The notes below the pieces were generated by a model. That model did no database searches. It was not told the DNA's origin and saw nothing but the letters and a program-made list of their open reading frames with translations. From the NCBI GenBank assembly GCA_903861145.1, contig CAIOTH010000089.1:4792-68791 (forward strand): DNA of 64,000 bases, in the 5' to 3' direction. The translations under genes were made by a program, and so were the position numbers. The DNA is from an uncultured Bacteroidota bacterium. GTDB lineage: Bacteria > Bacteroidota > Bacteroidia > Chitinophagales > LD1. Shown here one piece after another: positions 18,692 to 27,728 of this stretch (position 1 is its first letter; each line of letters opens with the position of its first letter).

Positions 18692-19552
18692 ATGAATAGC
18701 ACTGCCGAAATAGTCATTACCCAGGCTCTTTTAGAGGATATTATGGATATGGGAGGCAATTATGCCCCCGGCGACCATACATCCCTGGCCTGTATGCCCA
18801 ATGATGTTGAAGGCAAAATGCAGTTAATTTGCAAAGCCGATGGCATCCTGGCAGGTGTTGATCTAGCCAAAATTATATGCGAAGATGTTGACAGGGGCAT
18901 TAGGTTTGAGAAACTATTAACCGATGGTACCCCGATAAAAAAGGGAGATATCGCTTTCAAACTCTATGGCGAAGTAAAATCCCTGTTACGTGCCGAAAGG
19001 GTGGTGTTAAACTTTATGCAGCGCATGAGTGGCATTGCAACGCACACTTCCCTGTTTGTCAAGGAAGTAGAAGGAACAAAAGCCACGATAATAGACACCC
19101 GAAAAACCACCCCGGCCCTTCGTTATTTCGAAAAATGGGCGGTTCGTATAGGTGGCGGCCAAAACCATCGTTATGGCCTGTTCGATATGATAATGCTTAA
19201 AGATAACCACATTGATTTTTGTGGCGGCATTACAAAAGCTATTCTGGCCGTTAAAGATTACCAACAAAAAAACAACTTCAATCTCCGGGTCGAAATCGAA
19301 GCCCGAAGCCTGGAAGATGTAGCAGAAATTCTAAGCACTGGCCATGTCACCCGCATCATGTTCGATAATTTTACACCCGAATTAATGAAACAGGGTGTCC
19401 TATTAGTGAACAGCAAGTACGAAACCGAAGCTTCCGGGGGCATAACCTTAAATACCGTTCGTTCGTATGCCGAAACGGGGGTCGATTTCATTTCCGTTGG
19501 CGCCATAACCCACTCATCACCAAGCCTTGACCTTAGTTTAAAGGTTTTTTGA
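18692..19552 (+). CDS. nadC: nicotinate-nucleotide diphosphorylase (carboxylating) / quinolinate phosphoribosyltransferase
   Basis: A 286-aa ORF with 'DTRKTTPALR', 'GGGQNHRYGLFD', 'LKDNH' and 'EASGGI', the typical NadC blocks. Confidence 0.95.
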   Translation: MNSTAEIVITQALLEDIMDMGGNYAPGDHTSLACMPNDVEGKMQLICKADGILAGVDLAKIICEDVDRGIRFEKLLTDGTPIKKGDIAFKLYGEVKSLLRAERVVLNFMQRMSGIATHTSLFVKEVEGTKATIIDTRKTTPALRYFEKWAVRIGGGQNHRYGLFDMIMLKDNHIDFCGGITKAILAVKDYQQKNNFNLRVEIEARSLEDVAEILSTGHVTRIMFDNFTPELMKQGVLLVNSKYETEASGGITLNTVRSYAETGVDFISVGAITHSSPSLDLSLKVF

Positions 19553-19748
19553 CATTGTCACGATTATTTCAAACTTATACCTTACTTATTCCATCCTTTT
19601 CGCCATTATTTCATATGATGGAAAGTGATTACTTTCGCCCGCCTTTAAATGTTGAAATAAATGTTTGCTTTCGGGCAACGCGATCGTGATATTCGCACTC
19701 TTGTTTTCGGTATGTTTTGTTACTTTTAAAATTGCACAATATCTATCT

Positions 19749-22700
19749 ATGGCGAGGAATTTTTACAAGGCGTTTCTGATACCCGTATTAATATTTGGCA
19801 CCTTTTTAATATCCACTGCTCAGCAATGCGATGTTATTTACGTTACTCCCGGTGGCGCCAATAGCGGCAACGCAGGTACCCGTGCCAACCCGGCAAGCCT
19901 TACATATGCCCTAACCCTGGTAACCGGCACCTCAAATATTATCTGGATGGCTGCAGGAAACTATCCAATTAGCACGCCCGTGCAATTAGTAAGCAACGTA
20001 ACTATCGAAGGTGGTTTCGACCCCGTAACCTGGATAAAAAGCAATGCCACTCCAACTGTCATACAAAAAGATGCTACCAACATTATTCCTGTATATAACG
20101 CCCTGGTGGGTGTTGCGGGGGCAGGCCTAAGCAATTTCCGCCTACAGGATTTAACAATAGCCGTTCCCGATGCAACACAGCCCTCCGAATCGGTTTACGG
20201 GCTTTATCTAAATGCCTGTAGCAATTATAATGTTGTAAGATGTATAATCACCACAGGTAATGGTTCGCCGGGTGTGGCAGGTGCCCCTGGTTCAGTAGGT
20301 GCCGCTGGTTCTCCCGGTGGGGCTGGTACTACAGGAGCCGCCGAACCCAATCCCACTACTTCAGGTGCAGGTGGTACAGGTGGCAACGCAGGTGGTGCAG
20401 GTGGGGTAGCTAATAGTTATGATCCCGGCGCTTCTGGTAACGGTGGCGCGGGCAGTGGGCCCAATGGTGGCGCAGGCGGCAACGGCGGTTCAGGTCCCGG
20501 TTGTGTTTTAGGATGTTTTACAGGTCCTCCGGGATGTGGTAGTTCTGTTGCAGGAACTACAGGTGCCGCGGGTGGAGCAGGTGGAGCAGGAATAACCGGC
20601 GCAAATGGCCCTGCCGGAGCAGTTGTCGCTCCCGGCTACTTCGTACCCGGTACAGCAGGCGCCAACGGTACATCAGGCGTTGGTGGTAGCGGCGGTGGCG
20701 GCGGTGGCATGGGAGGCGGTCAACAAGAAAATGGGCCCGATGACCACGGCGGCAGCGGCGGCGGTGGTGGTGGCGGCGGCTTTGGTGGCAACGGTGGCAC
20801 AGGCGGCGGCGGTGGCGGCGGCTCATTTGCGGTTTTCTTATATAGCGATGCCGGCGGCGGAAGCTTTGTTGATTGTCAGTTAACTGCAGGCCTGGGCGGT
20901 GCAGGCGGCGTAGGTGGTGCTGGTGGAACTGGTGGTGCCGGTGGAACTGGCGGCGCTGGTGGCGGCTTAAATCCCGTTTGTGGCTCTAATAATACGGTTG
21001 GTGGTGCGGGTGGCGCGGGTGGTTTAGGTGGTGCCGGTGGTGCTGGTGGCAATGGCGCTGCAGGGCTAAGTATAAACCTGGCAACCAACGGTGCAACCGT
21101 TACTCAAAACAATATTACCTCGGTTCCCGGTAATCCACCGGTAATCATGGTTCAAAATACAGGCTGTACTAATGCACAAATTATGTTTTCCGCTCCGGTT
21201 GCCGGTGCATGGAATTTTGGTGCCGGTGCTACACCCGCAACAGGCAACGGCGCTGGCCCTATTGCTGTAAACTATTCAACCGTTGGCAGAAAAACCATCA
21301 CTTACTCCGGCACAACCTTTACCGATTTTGTAGGCATTTTTAACGCTCAAAGTGTCAGCAACACAATTACACAATCCGCCAGCCCTCCTATCAATGGCTG
21401 CCCCGATACTTTTCATACCACAATACCGGCTTCATTTTATGTATGGGATTTCGGTCCGTTGGCCCTCCCACCTGTCGATTCAGGAACTATCGATTCGGTT
21501 TTCTCAACTGTATTTCTTGTTCCCGGCACCTATACTGTTTCAGTATATGCAAACACTCCCTGCTGCGGTATTGTAAAAGATTCAATCACTTTTACAGTAA
21601 ACCCCAACACCCTCAATATTTCTTTAACCTATGGTCCCGATAGCATTTGCCAGGGTAGCGAAATGACCTTTGTAGCCAGCCCTTCTAACTACCAAAAATA
21701 TAGTTTCTACATCAACGATTCATTGATACAAAGCACCTCAAGCGATACCTTTAATACCTATGCCCTAAAGCCCGGCGATAGCGTGTTGGTATTAGGTTTT
21801 CAGGGTGTATGCTATACTAACCCAAGTGCAACAATTCACCCCTTGGTTCATGCCATTCCACCGCCCCCCGTACTAACTAATAATATCCCAAGCGATACCA
21901 TTTGCGGTGGCGATTCCATCACCTTCACGGCTTCGGGAGGGTACGCAGTTTATAATTTCTCCAACGGCAGTTCACAACAGCAGTCCGGTCCCTCCAATAT
22001 TTGGATAACTAACCAGCTTGGGCAGGGGAACTCTATTTATGTCCGGGGAAGCCAATTCGGTTGCTTCAGTCCGCCTAGTAACCGCGATACAATTATTATA
22101 AAACCGACACCTATTCTGTTTGATTCTCTAAATAGCGTAAATATTTGCCAGGGTAATATTGATTTTGTTGATGCCTACCCCGCGGGCTTATCAAGCTATG
22201 AATTTTTTATCAACGGTGCCTTGGTGCAGGATAGTAGCTTAAACACATATACCACCTCCAACTTTAATAATCACGATACGGTAGCTGTAGTTGCAATCCT
22301 AAACGGATGTCCAAGCCAGGCTACTCCAAAAATCGGGGTAACGGTTAGGCCAACACCAACTGTAACACTCACAAGTAGCGCTGCACCTAGCGATTCTATC
22401 TGCCAGGGCCTGCCAATCACATTTACAGCTTCACCTGCAACCGATACCGCTTACTTGTTCTTTAACGGAAGTAACATAGCGCAGGATGGAGCGTCTTCAA
22501 CCTACACAACCACAACGCTGGCTACCAATAGCAGCATTTCCGTAGTTGTAATTAACTCGGTAGGCTGTCCAAGTATTCCAAGCGATACCATTACTACCAC
22601 TGTTACACCTGCACCTGTTGTTACAGTGGGAGCCAACCCTGCTCCGGTTTGCATCAGCGCCCCCGCGCAAGCACTAACCGGTTTTTCTCCGGCAGGTGGT

Positions 22701-23837
22701 ATATGGACGGGTGCCGGAACCACGGCAGCCGGAGTAGTTACTCCATCAGCCGCCGGTACCGGTGCGCATGAGCTAACGTATACTTACATCGATCCTAATT
22801 CAGGCTGTCCTGGCTTCGATAGTGTTTTATTTACGGTAAATCCATTGCCTGTTATTACGGTTGTTCCGGCTTCGCCGGGTATTTGCGTTGGCCAAAGCGT
22901 ACAACTGTTAGCCACTGGCGGCACTAATTATGCATGGACTCCATCTACCGGTTTAAGTAATGCCTCCGTCGATAATCCGGTTGCCGCTCCTACTACAACT
23001 ACGGTTTACGAACTAAACGTTACCGATGCTAACAACTGCTCCGATAGCACCTCGGTTACCGTAACCGTTAGCCCAAACCCAACTGCCACTTTCACGGCTA
23101 CTGAGGCATGTGCCAATACCCCTACAACATTTGCAAGTACAGTTAATCCTACAACTGGCATTACATACAATTGGAATTTTGGTGATGGCAATAGCTCTAC
23201 TTTAGCTGACCCTACTCATACTTATACAACGGCTGATAGCTTCACTGTATCGCTTGTTGTTCAACTTGGTACATGCTACGATACTGTAAAAAATCCTGCC
23301 GTAGTTGACCCCGCGGTGGTTGCCAATTTTACCACAAACACGCTCGTTTCTTACGCCGATACGCTTGACCCCGTTATTTTCATCGACCTATCAACCAACG
23401 CCAATATCTGGGCTTGGGATTTTGGCGATCTGCTAACTTCCAATATCGAATCTCCTTCGCATGTGTACGGCAAGCCTGGTGTTTATACAATCACCATGGT
23501 TGCCTCTAACCAATTTGGCTGTAGCGATTCAATTGTTCGGCAAGATTACATTAGCATTTATCCTGTGCCTGCATTATTTGTACCTAACGTATTTACACCG
23601 GGCCAAAATGCCAATAACATATTAAAAGTGTTTACCTCCGGTGTTGTATTTTTCGATTGGGGTATATTCGACCGCTGGGGCGAAAAGGTTTATCAAAGCA
23701 ATAACGTCAATGATGGTTGGGATGGAACCTTTAAAGGCAAACCATCAGCAGCCGGCGTTTATACTTATTACCTGAAAGTAGTCTTCGATGATGGCAGCAC
23801 ACGTCACTACCACGGCGGTGTAACCTTATTGAAATAG
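19749..23837 (+). CDS. giant cell-surface protein: beta-helix-like N-terminus, Gly-rich tract, repeated Ig-like modules, 2 PKD domains, and a T9SS type B (gliding-motility-associated) C-terminal domain
   Basis: I chose the start at the ATG 19749 (MARNFYKAFLIPVLIFGTFLISTAQQ signal). Four modules of about 85 aa follow the pattern 'IC.G...TF.AS...Y.F..NG'. The PKD signatures 'WNFGDGNSS' and 'WDFGDLL' are present. The C-terminus 'FVPNVFTPGQN...WGIFDRWGEKVY...GWDGTFKGK' is a type B sorting domain. Confidence 0.9.
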   Translation: MARNFYKAFLIPVLIFGTFLISTAQQCDVIYVTPGGANSGNAGTRANPASLTYALTLVTGTSNIIWMAAGNYPISTPVQLVSNVTIEGGFDPVTWIKSNATPTVIQKDATNIIPVYNALVGVAGAGLSNFRLQDLTIAVPDATQPSESVYGLYLNACSNYNVVRCIITTGNGSPGVAGAPGSVGAAGSPGGAGTTGAAEPNPTTSGAGGTGGNAGGAGGVANSYDPGASGNGGAGSGPNGGAGGNGGSGPGCVLGCFTGPPGCGSSVAGTTGAAGGAGGAGITGANGPAGAVVAPGYFVPGTAGANGTSGVGGSGGGGGGMGGGQQENGPDDHGGSGGGGGGGGFGGNGGTGGGGGGGSFAVFLYSDAGGGSFVDCQLTAGLGGAGGVGGAGGTGGAGGTGGAGGGLNPVCGSNNTVGGAGGAGGLGGAGGAGGNGAAGLSINLATNGATVTQNNITSVPGNPPVIMVQNTGCTNAQIMFSAPVAGAWNFGAGATPATGNGAGPIAVNYSTVGRKTITYSGTTFTDFVGIFNAQSVSNTITQSASPPINGCPDTFHTTIPASFYVWDFGPLALPPVDSGTIDSVFSTVFLVPGTYTVSVYANTPCCGIVKDSITFTVNPNTLNISLTYGPDSICQGSEMTFVASPSNYQKYSFYINDSLIQSTSSDTFNTYALKPGDSVLVLGFQGVCYTNPSATIHPLVHAIPPPPVLTNNIPSDTICGGDSITFTASGGYAVYNFSNGSSQQQSGPSNIWITNQLGQGNSIYVRGSQFGCFSPPSNRDTIIIKPTPILFDSLNSVNICQGNIDFVDAYPAGLSSYEFFINGALVQDSSLNTYTTSNFNNHDTVAVVAILNGCPSQATPKIGVTVRPTPTVTLTSSAAPSDSICQGLPITFTASPATDTAYLFFNGSNIAQDGASSTYTTTTLATNSSISVVVINSVGCPSIPSDTITTTVTPAPVVTVGANPAPVCISAPAQALTGFSPAGGIWTGAGTTAAGVVTPSAAGTGAHELTYTYIDPNSGCPGFDSVLFTVNPLPVITVVPASPGICVGQSVQLLATGGTNYAWTPSTGLSNASVDNPVAAPTTTTVYELNVTDANNCSDSTSVTVTVSPNPTATFTATEACANTPTTFASTVNPTTGITYNWNFGDGNSSTLADPTHTYTTADSFTVSLVVQLGTCYDTVKNPAVVDPAVVANFTTNTLVSYADTLDPVIFIDLSTNANIWAWDFGDLLTSNIESPSHVYGKPGVYTITMVASNQFGCSDSIVRQDYISIYPVPALFVPNVFTPGQNANNILKVFTSGVVFFDWGIFDRWGEKVYQSNNVNDGWDGTFKGKPSAAGVYTYYLKVVFDDGSTRHYHGGVTLLK
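20256..21066 (+). repeat. GC-rich low-complexity (GGY)n / GGNGCN tract inside the giant surface-protein gene
   Basis: Runs such as ggcggcagcggcggcggtggtggtggcggcggc occur here. Three 18-bp units at 20911-20964 encode GAGGTG GAGGTG GAGGGL. All other frames are open, giving shadow ORFs at 20557..21088. Confidence 0.9.
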
Positions 23838-23855
23838 CTCTCCTTTAAGACAAAT

Positions 23856-23890
23856 AAAAAAAGGCATTCACATTTGTGGATGCCTTTTTT
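23856..23890. terminator. bidirectional Rho-independent terminator between convergent genes
   Basis: The sequence is AAAAAAGGCATTCACATTTGTGGATGCCTTTTTT: an A-tract, a GC-containing stem (GGCAT/ATGCC plus inner pairs) and a T-tract. It sits between the stops at 23837 (+) and 23912 (-). Confidence 0.75.
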
Positions 23891-23911
23891 GCTTATCCCG
23901 TTCAGTTACTT

Positions 23912-25543
23912 TTAGTTACCAACTACGCGGTGGAAATAGGTAATAAACTTCATAACCTCACCCAGGTTGGTCACTTTAATCTTGCCCATCATAAACATCA
24001 TTTGCGGGTTTCCACGGCCAAGTTCCAGGTCTTCGTAATCGCTTGCTTTAGCTCTTATTTCACAGGTCGGGGTATCAACCAGCCCATCTAATATCACTAC
24101 ATTCTTATTTTCCAGGGTAACTGTAAAGTTGCCACCTGTAGGGCCATCCAATATAAAATGGAACCTGTGTGTAGCGCTGTCCTCTACTTTATCTGCTTTA
24201 AGTCGATTGGGGAGAGAGTAAATAATCTCTTTCGCTGTTTCCGGAGTTGTTGCACTCATTTTTCCGTTTGGGTTTTGTGGTGATGAAATATTATTAGGGT
24301 TTGTATTTACTGGTTCAGGACTCGTAACCGGCTTTGCAGCCTCTGCTTTAACAGGCCCGGTTTCATTGCTTTGTGTTGCCTTATAAGCACTTTCATAATT
24401 AATACCGTCAATGGCAATTTTAGAAATAATTTCTTTCATTATCTCAGTGGTGCCGCCAACAATAGTCCCCACGCGGGCATCGCGGTATGCGCGCTCCATG
24501 GTATACTCGCTCATATATCCATAACCGCCAAACATTTGCAGGCATTCATCCGCAACTCTTTTGCCCAACTCAGTGGCTTTCATTTTAGCCATGCTGCATT
24601 CCTTAACAGCAAAAATGCCTTTCTCAAAAAGGTCGCAGCAGTAATAAGTAAAACGCTTGGTTATTTCTACTTCAGTAATCAAATCAGCCAGCTTATGCCT
24701 AAGCGCCTGGTATTTCACAATAGGTTTACCAAATACATTGCGCTGCTTCATGTATTCCAGCGTAGCTTCTATTTTATGCTCACAGGCCGATGTAGCCATT
24801 ATAGCAGCAACCAGCCGCTCTAACTGAAAACTCTCCATAATATAAAAAAAGCCTCTACCCTCCTGCCCAACAAGGTTAGCCACCGGCACTTTTACATTGT
24901 CAAAAAACAACTCAGCAGTATCACTCGATTTCCAACCCATTTTTTTCAACTTGGTACGGGTAAAGCCCGGTGTATCGGCGTCAATCACAATCAGGCTCAC
25001 ACCTGCAAGCCCCGCTGCGGGGTCGGTTTTAACTGCAACGTTTACAAAATTGCCATAATAGCCATTAGTAATAAAAGTTTTGCTACCATTAATGATGTAG
25101 TAATCTCCTTCTCTTTTGGCCGTTGTCCTAATGGCGGCAACATCACTACCGGCACCCGGTTCGCTTATGGCTATGCTGCCTACAAAACTTCCGTCAATAG
25201 ATGGTTTCAGGTATCTCTCTTTCAAATAATCACTACCCGCACGCAAAATATGGTTAGTAGCCATGTACTGGTGAACGCTAACCGCTGCCGATAGGCCCGC
25301 AAACGTAGCTTTGGCTAATTCTTCAAGGTAAACAACTGTATACCAAAAGTCATTATTCGTACCTCCAAGGCTTTCGGGGAAGTTAATCCCTAAAAAGCCT
25401 AGTTCGCCCATGCGCTTAAAAACTTCGCGTGGCAACTTTTCCTCTTCTTCCCACTGGTTAACGTGCGGAACAATTTCCTTTTGAACAAAATCTCTTACAG
25501 ATTGACGGAACAATTCATGCTCAGGATTAAAGTATTGTCCCAT
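23912..25543 (-). CDS. acyl-CoA dehydrogenase fused to a C-terminal SCP2 sterol-carrier domain
   Basis: The N-terminal roughly 390 aa is ACAD-like ('ISEPGAGSD', 'INGSKTFITNG', 'QMFGGYGY', 'RDARV..I.GGT.EI'). A Pro/Asn-rich linker follows. The C-terminus 'FHFILDGPTGGNFTV...SDYEDLELGRGNPQMMFMMGKIKVTN' is an SCP2 pattern. Confidence 0.9.
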   Translation of the reverse strand: MGQYFNPEHELFRQSVRDFVQKEIVPHVNQWEEEEKLPREVFKRMGELGFLGINFPESLGGTNNDFWYTVVYLEELAKATFAGLSAAVSVHQYMATNHILRAGSDYLKERYLKPSIDGSFVGSIAISEPGAGSDVAAIRTTAKREGDYYIINGSKTFITNGYYGNFVNVAVKTDPAAGLAGVSLIVIDADTPGFTRTKLKKMGWKSSDTAELFFDNVKVPVANLVGQEGRGFFYIMESFQLERLVAAIMATSACEHKIEATLEYMKQRNVFGKPIVKYQALRHKLADLITEVEITKRFTYYCCDLFEKGIFAVKECSMAKMKATELGKRVADECLQMFGGYGYMSEYTMERAYRDARVGTIVGGTTEIMKEIISKIAIDGINYESAYKATQSNETGPVKAEAAKPVTSPEPVNTNPNNISSPQNPNGKMSATTPETAKEIIYSLPNRLKADKVEDSATHRFHFILDGPTGGNFTVTLENKNVVILDGLVDTPTCEIRAKASDYEDLELGRGNPQMMFMMGKIKVTNLGEVMKFITYFHRVVGN

Positions 25544-25566
25544 AGTTTAGGTAGTTAAGATTTTAG

Positions 25567-25854
25567 TTATTCAATGGTGGCGGCAATACCACGGTCGGTT
25601 ATTTCGTCCTTCATAGGCTTTAGCCTTTTAAAGTCACCGTGCTTAACAGCGTATTTGCCTTTGTGATGTATAATATAGGCGCATTGCTCGGCTTGCTCCC
25701 AAGTGTGCTTACAAACCTCAACCAGGGTTTCAATTACCCAGTCAAAGGTGTTTACACTATCATTATGAACTATTAATATATTCTGAACGCCAACGTCTTC
25801 CAAAACGTCAACCTCCTCTTCGTGTGCAGTTTGATGTGAAACGTTCATAACCAC
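25567..25854 (-). CDS. clpS: ATP-dependent Clp protease adaptor ClpS
   Basis: 'LIVHNDSVNTFDWVIETLVEVCKHTWEQAEQCAYIIHHKGKYAV' is a typical ClpS core. The start is either the GTG at 25854 or the ATG at 25848. Confidence 0.9.
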   Translation of the reverse strand: MVMNVSHQTAHEEEVDVLEDVGVQNILIVHNDSVNTFDWVIETLVEVCKHTWEQAEQCAYIIHHKGKYAVKHGDFKRLKPMKDEITDRGIAATIE

Positions 25855-25926
25855 GGTAGTTTTGAAAACCGGGTGTAAAGTTAGCAGGAAAAAAAGCGAA
25901 ATTCAAACAGTCGTTCGAATTTTTTA

Positions 25927-26796
25927 TCAACCAACTTCAATCTTAAACGAAATGCCAAATGTTCCGCCGGTTTCAAGCTTAATTATGCCTTCTTTATCCT
26001 TAAACGGGGTAGGCTTTTCAGCTGTATCAGCACAGCCCAGCCAGGGCTCGATACAAACAAACGGGGCACCAACTTTAGCCCATAAACCTAAATACTTAAA
26101 GTCCTTAAAATCAACCGATAAGTAGTGCTCATGCGCTTTTGACTTTATAGTAACCTTGCGCGATTTAAGGTTCTTAAATATCAAGGCATCGTCCTTAAAT
26201 AAAGTGCTGTTTAGTTGAATGGTATTGGCATTAGCTATTGCCACATCTTTTCTGCCATCAAAATAGCCGTTCTTATCAATATAATGGCGTGCAGCTTTCT
26301 CCACATGGTCAAATTCCAGGTAATAATCTTCGTACTTGCCACCCTCAGTAAATGGAACCGCAAATGCAGGGTGCCCCCCTAACTGAAAATAGATTTCTTT
26401 ATTATCCTTATTAATTACCTCGTACGATACAATTAGTGCGTTGGCCTCTATTTTATATCGTATCAAAAATTCAAATTTATAAGGGTATATTTTTTGCCAT
26501 TGCTCGTTATTCTTCAACGAAAAAACAATGCTTGTCTCTGTAAGGTCCAACAACCTAAAGTTGGCATTACGGGCAAATCCGTGCTTACTCATGCGGTATT
26601 GCTGCCCCTCAATTTCAATTTCATCATTCAAACTTCTTCCAATAACCGGAAACAGCACCGGCGCGTGCCAACCCCAAAAATGCGGGTCTGCCTGCCATAA
26701 GTGCTCAATATTATTTTTCTTGTCAATTATCGAAGTAAGTTCAGCACCATGTTCACGCGCCACTACCCTTAAAAAATTATTCTCCAGTTGATGCAT
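25927..26796 (-). CDS. aldose 1-epimerase (galactose mutarotase-like) family protein
   Basis: A 289-aa ORF with 'LFPVIGR', 'HGFAR' and 'GGHPAF', the typical blocks of this family. Confidence 0.85.
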   Translation of the reverse strand: MHQLENNFLRVVAREHGAELTSIIDKKNNIEHLWQADPHFWGWHAPVLFPVIGRSLNDEIEIEGQQYRMSKHGFARNANFRLLDLTETSIVFSLKNNEQWQKIYPYKFEFLIRYKIEANALIVSYEVINKDNKEIYFQLGGHPAFAVPFTEGGKYEDYYLEFDHVEKAARHYIDKNGYFDGRKDVAIANANTIQLNSTLFKDDALIFKNLKSRKVTIKSKAHEHYLSVDFKDFKYLGLWAKVGAPFVCIEPWLGCADTAEKPTPFKDKEGIIKLETGGTFGISFKIEVG

Positions 26797-27017
26797 TTAG
26801 GCTTATTATCTAGTTAGGTAAGTTAAACTGAGCGCAATGTAAACATACCTGCAAATATTTAGTTCTGATAATTTTCATTTTTTATTTTGCCCAAAATTTA
26901 TTTGATTCACTACAAATTAGAACCAGGCAAGGTTAGCCAGTGGCTGAAATGTGCCTTTAAAGGCACTATTTCCTATCATAAATTGAAATTGACTTTTAAA
27001 ACTTAAACCAGAGAAAA

Positions 27018-27719
27018 ATGAGAAAAGGACTAACCCTTGTGGCATTAATTACCCTGTTACTAAACACCGGGTACGCGCAAAAGTTATCAAAAGATGAAAC
27101 TAAAAATATTAAAAATGAGCTAAAAGAATACATGAAACATCCTGAAACCTATAAGGCTAAAATGGATGAAGCTAAGGCAAACCGCGATGCCAGCGATGCC
27201 CAAATAACCAGCTTAAAGTCAGACGTTGATGCAGCAAAAGCCTCAGCCGATGATTTGCAAAAAAAGGTAACTGCCGATGAAGATCAGATTAAGCAACTAC
27301 AGGAAGATGCCGATAAAGCAAAAGAAGCTGTTGCTGCCGCCAAAGAAGCAGATGTAAAAGGAACCCCATCAACCGGTACCGTTTACAAAATACAATTGGG
27401 CATGTACAAAGGCTTTAACGTAAATAAATATTTCGACCAGCCACGTAGCATTGGTTACGAACAGGTTGATGGAATGAACCGGTACGTTATCGGCCATTTC
27501 CCCGATGAGCAAACAGCCCTTAAGTTTGTTGACGACATCCGCAGGCTAGGTATCCGCGATGCTTTCGTTGCTAAATACATCGATGGCCAGCGTGTTTACG
27601 AATGGAGCGAAAACCCTAAATATAAAGGCAAAAAAGTGCCTAACTCTTTAGAAGAAGCACTGGGCCAGGGCAAACCAGCCGGTAAAGGAAAAGCCACTAA
27701 ACAAGACGATGGTAACTGA
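27018..27719 (+). CDS. secreted coiled-coil protein with SPOR-like C-terminal domain
   Basis: It has a signal peptide and a Lys/Asp/Ala-rich heptad-like central part. The C-terminus 'YKIQLGMYKGF...YVIGHFPDEQTALKFVDDIRRLGIRDAFV' resembles a SPOR fold pattern. Confidence 0.6.
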   Translation: MRKGLTLVALITLLLNTGYAQKLSKDETKNIKNELKEYMKHPETYKAKMDEAKANRDASDAQITSLKSDVDAAKASADDLQKKVTADEDQIKQLQEDADKAKEAVAAAKEADVKGTPSTGTVYKIQLGMYKGFNVNKYFDQPRSIGYEQVDGMNRYVIGHFPDEQTALKFVDDIRRLGIRDAFVAKYIDGQRVYEWSENPKYKGKKVPNSLEEALGQGKPAGKGKATKQDDGN

Positions 27720-27728
27720 TAAACGCGA

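Noticed and set aside
20557-21088. Three track ORFs (20557..20826 -, 20605..20883 +, 20876..21088 -) encoding Arg/His-rich, Ala/Val-rich or Pro-rich peptides.
   Set aside because: They lie entirely within the (GGY)n tract of the giant surface-protein gene. GC-rich trinucleotide repeats lack stop codons in all frames, so these are compositional shadow ORFs.
25567-25854. clpS lacking a clpA neighbour.
   Set aside because: This cannot be evaluated from one window, because clpA may be elsewhere or absent in this lineage. It is noted only as context for the ACAD-SCP2 finding.
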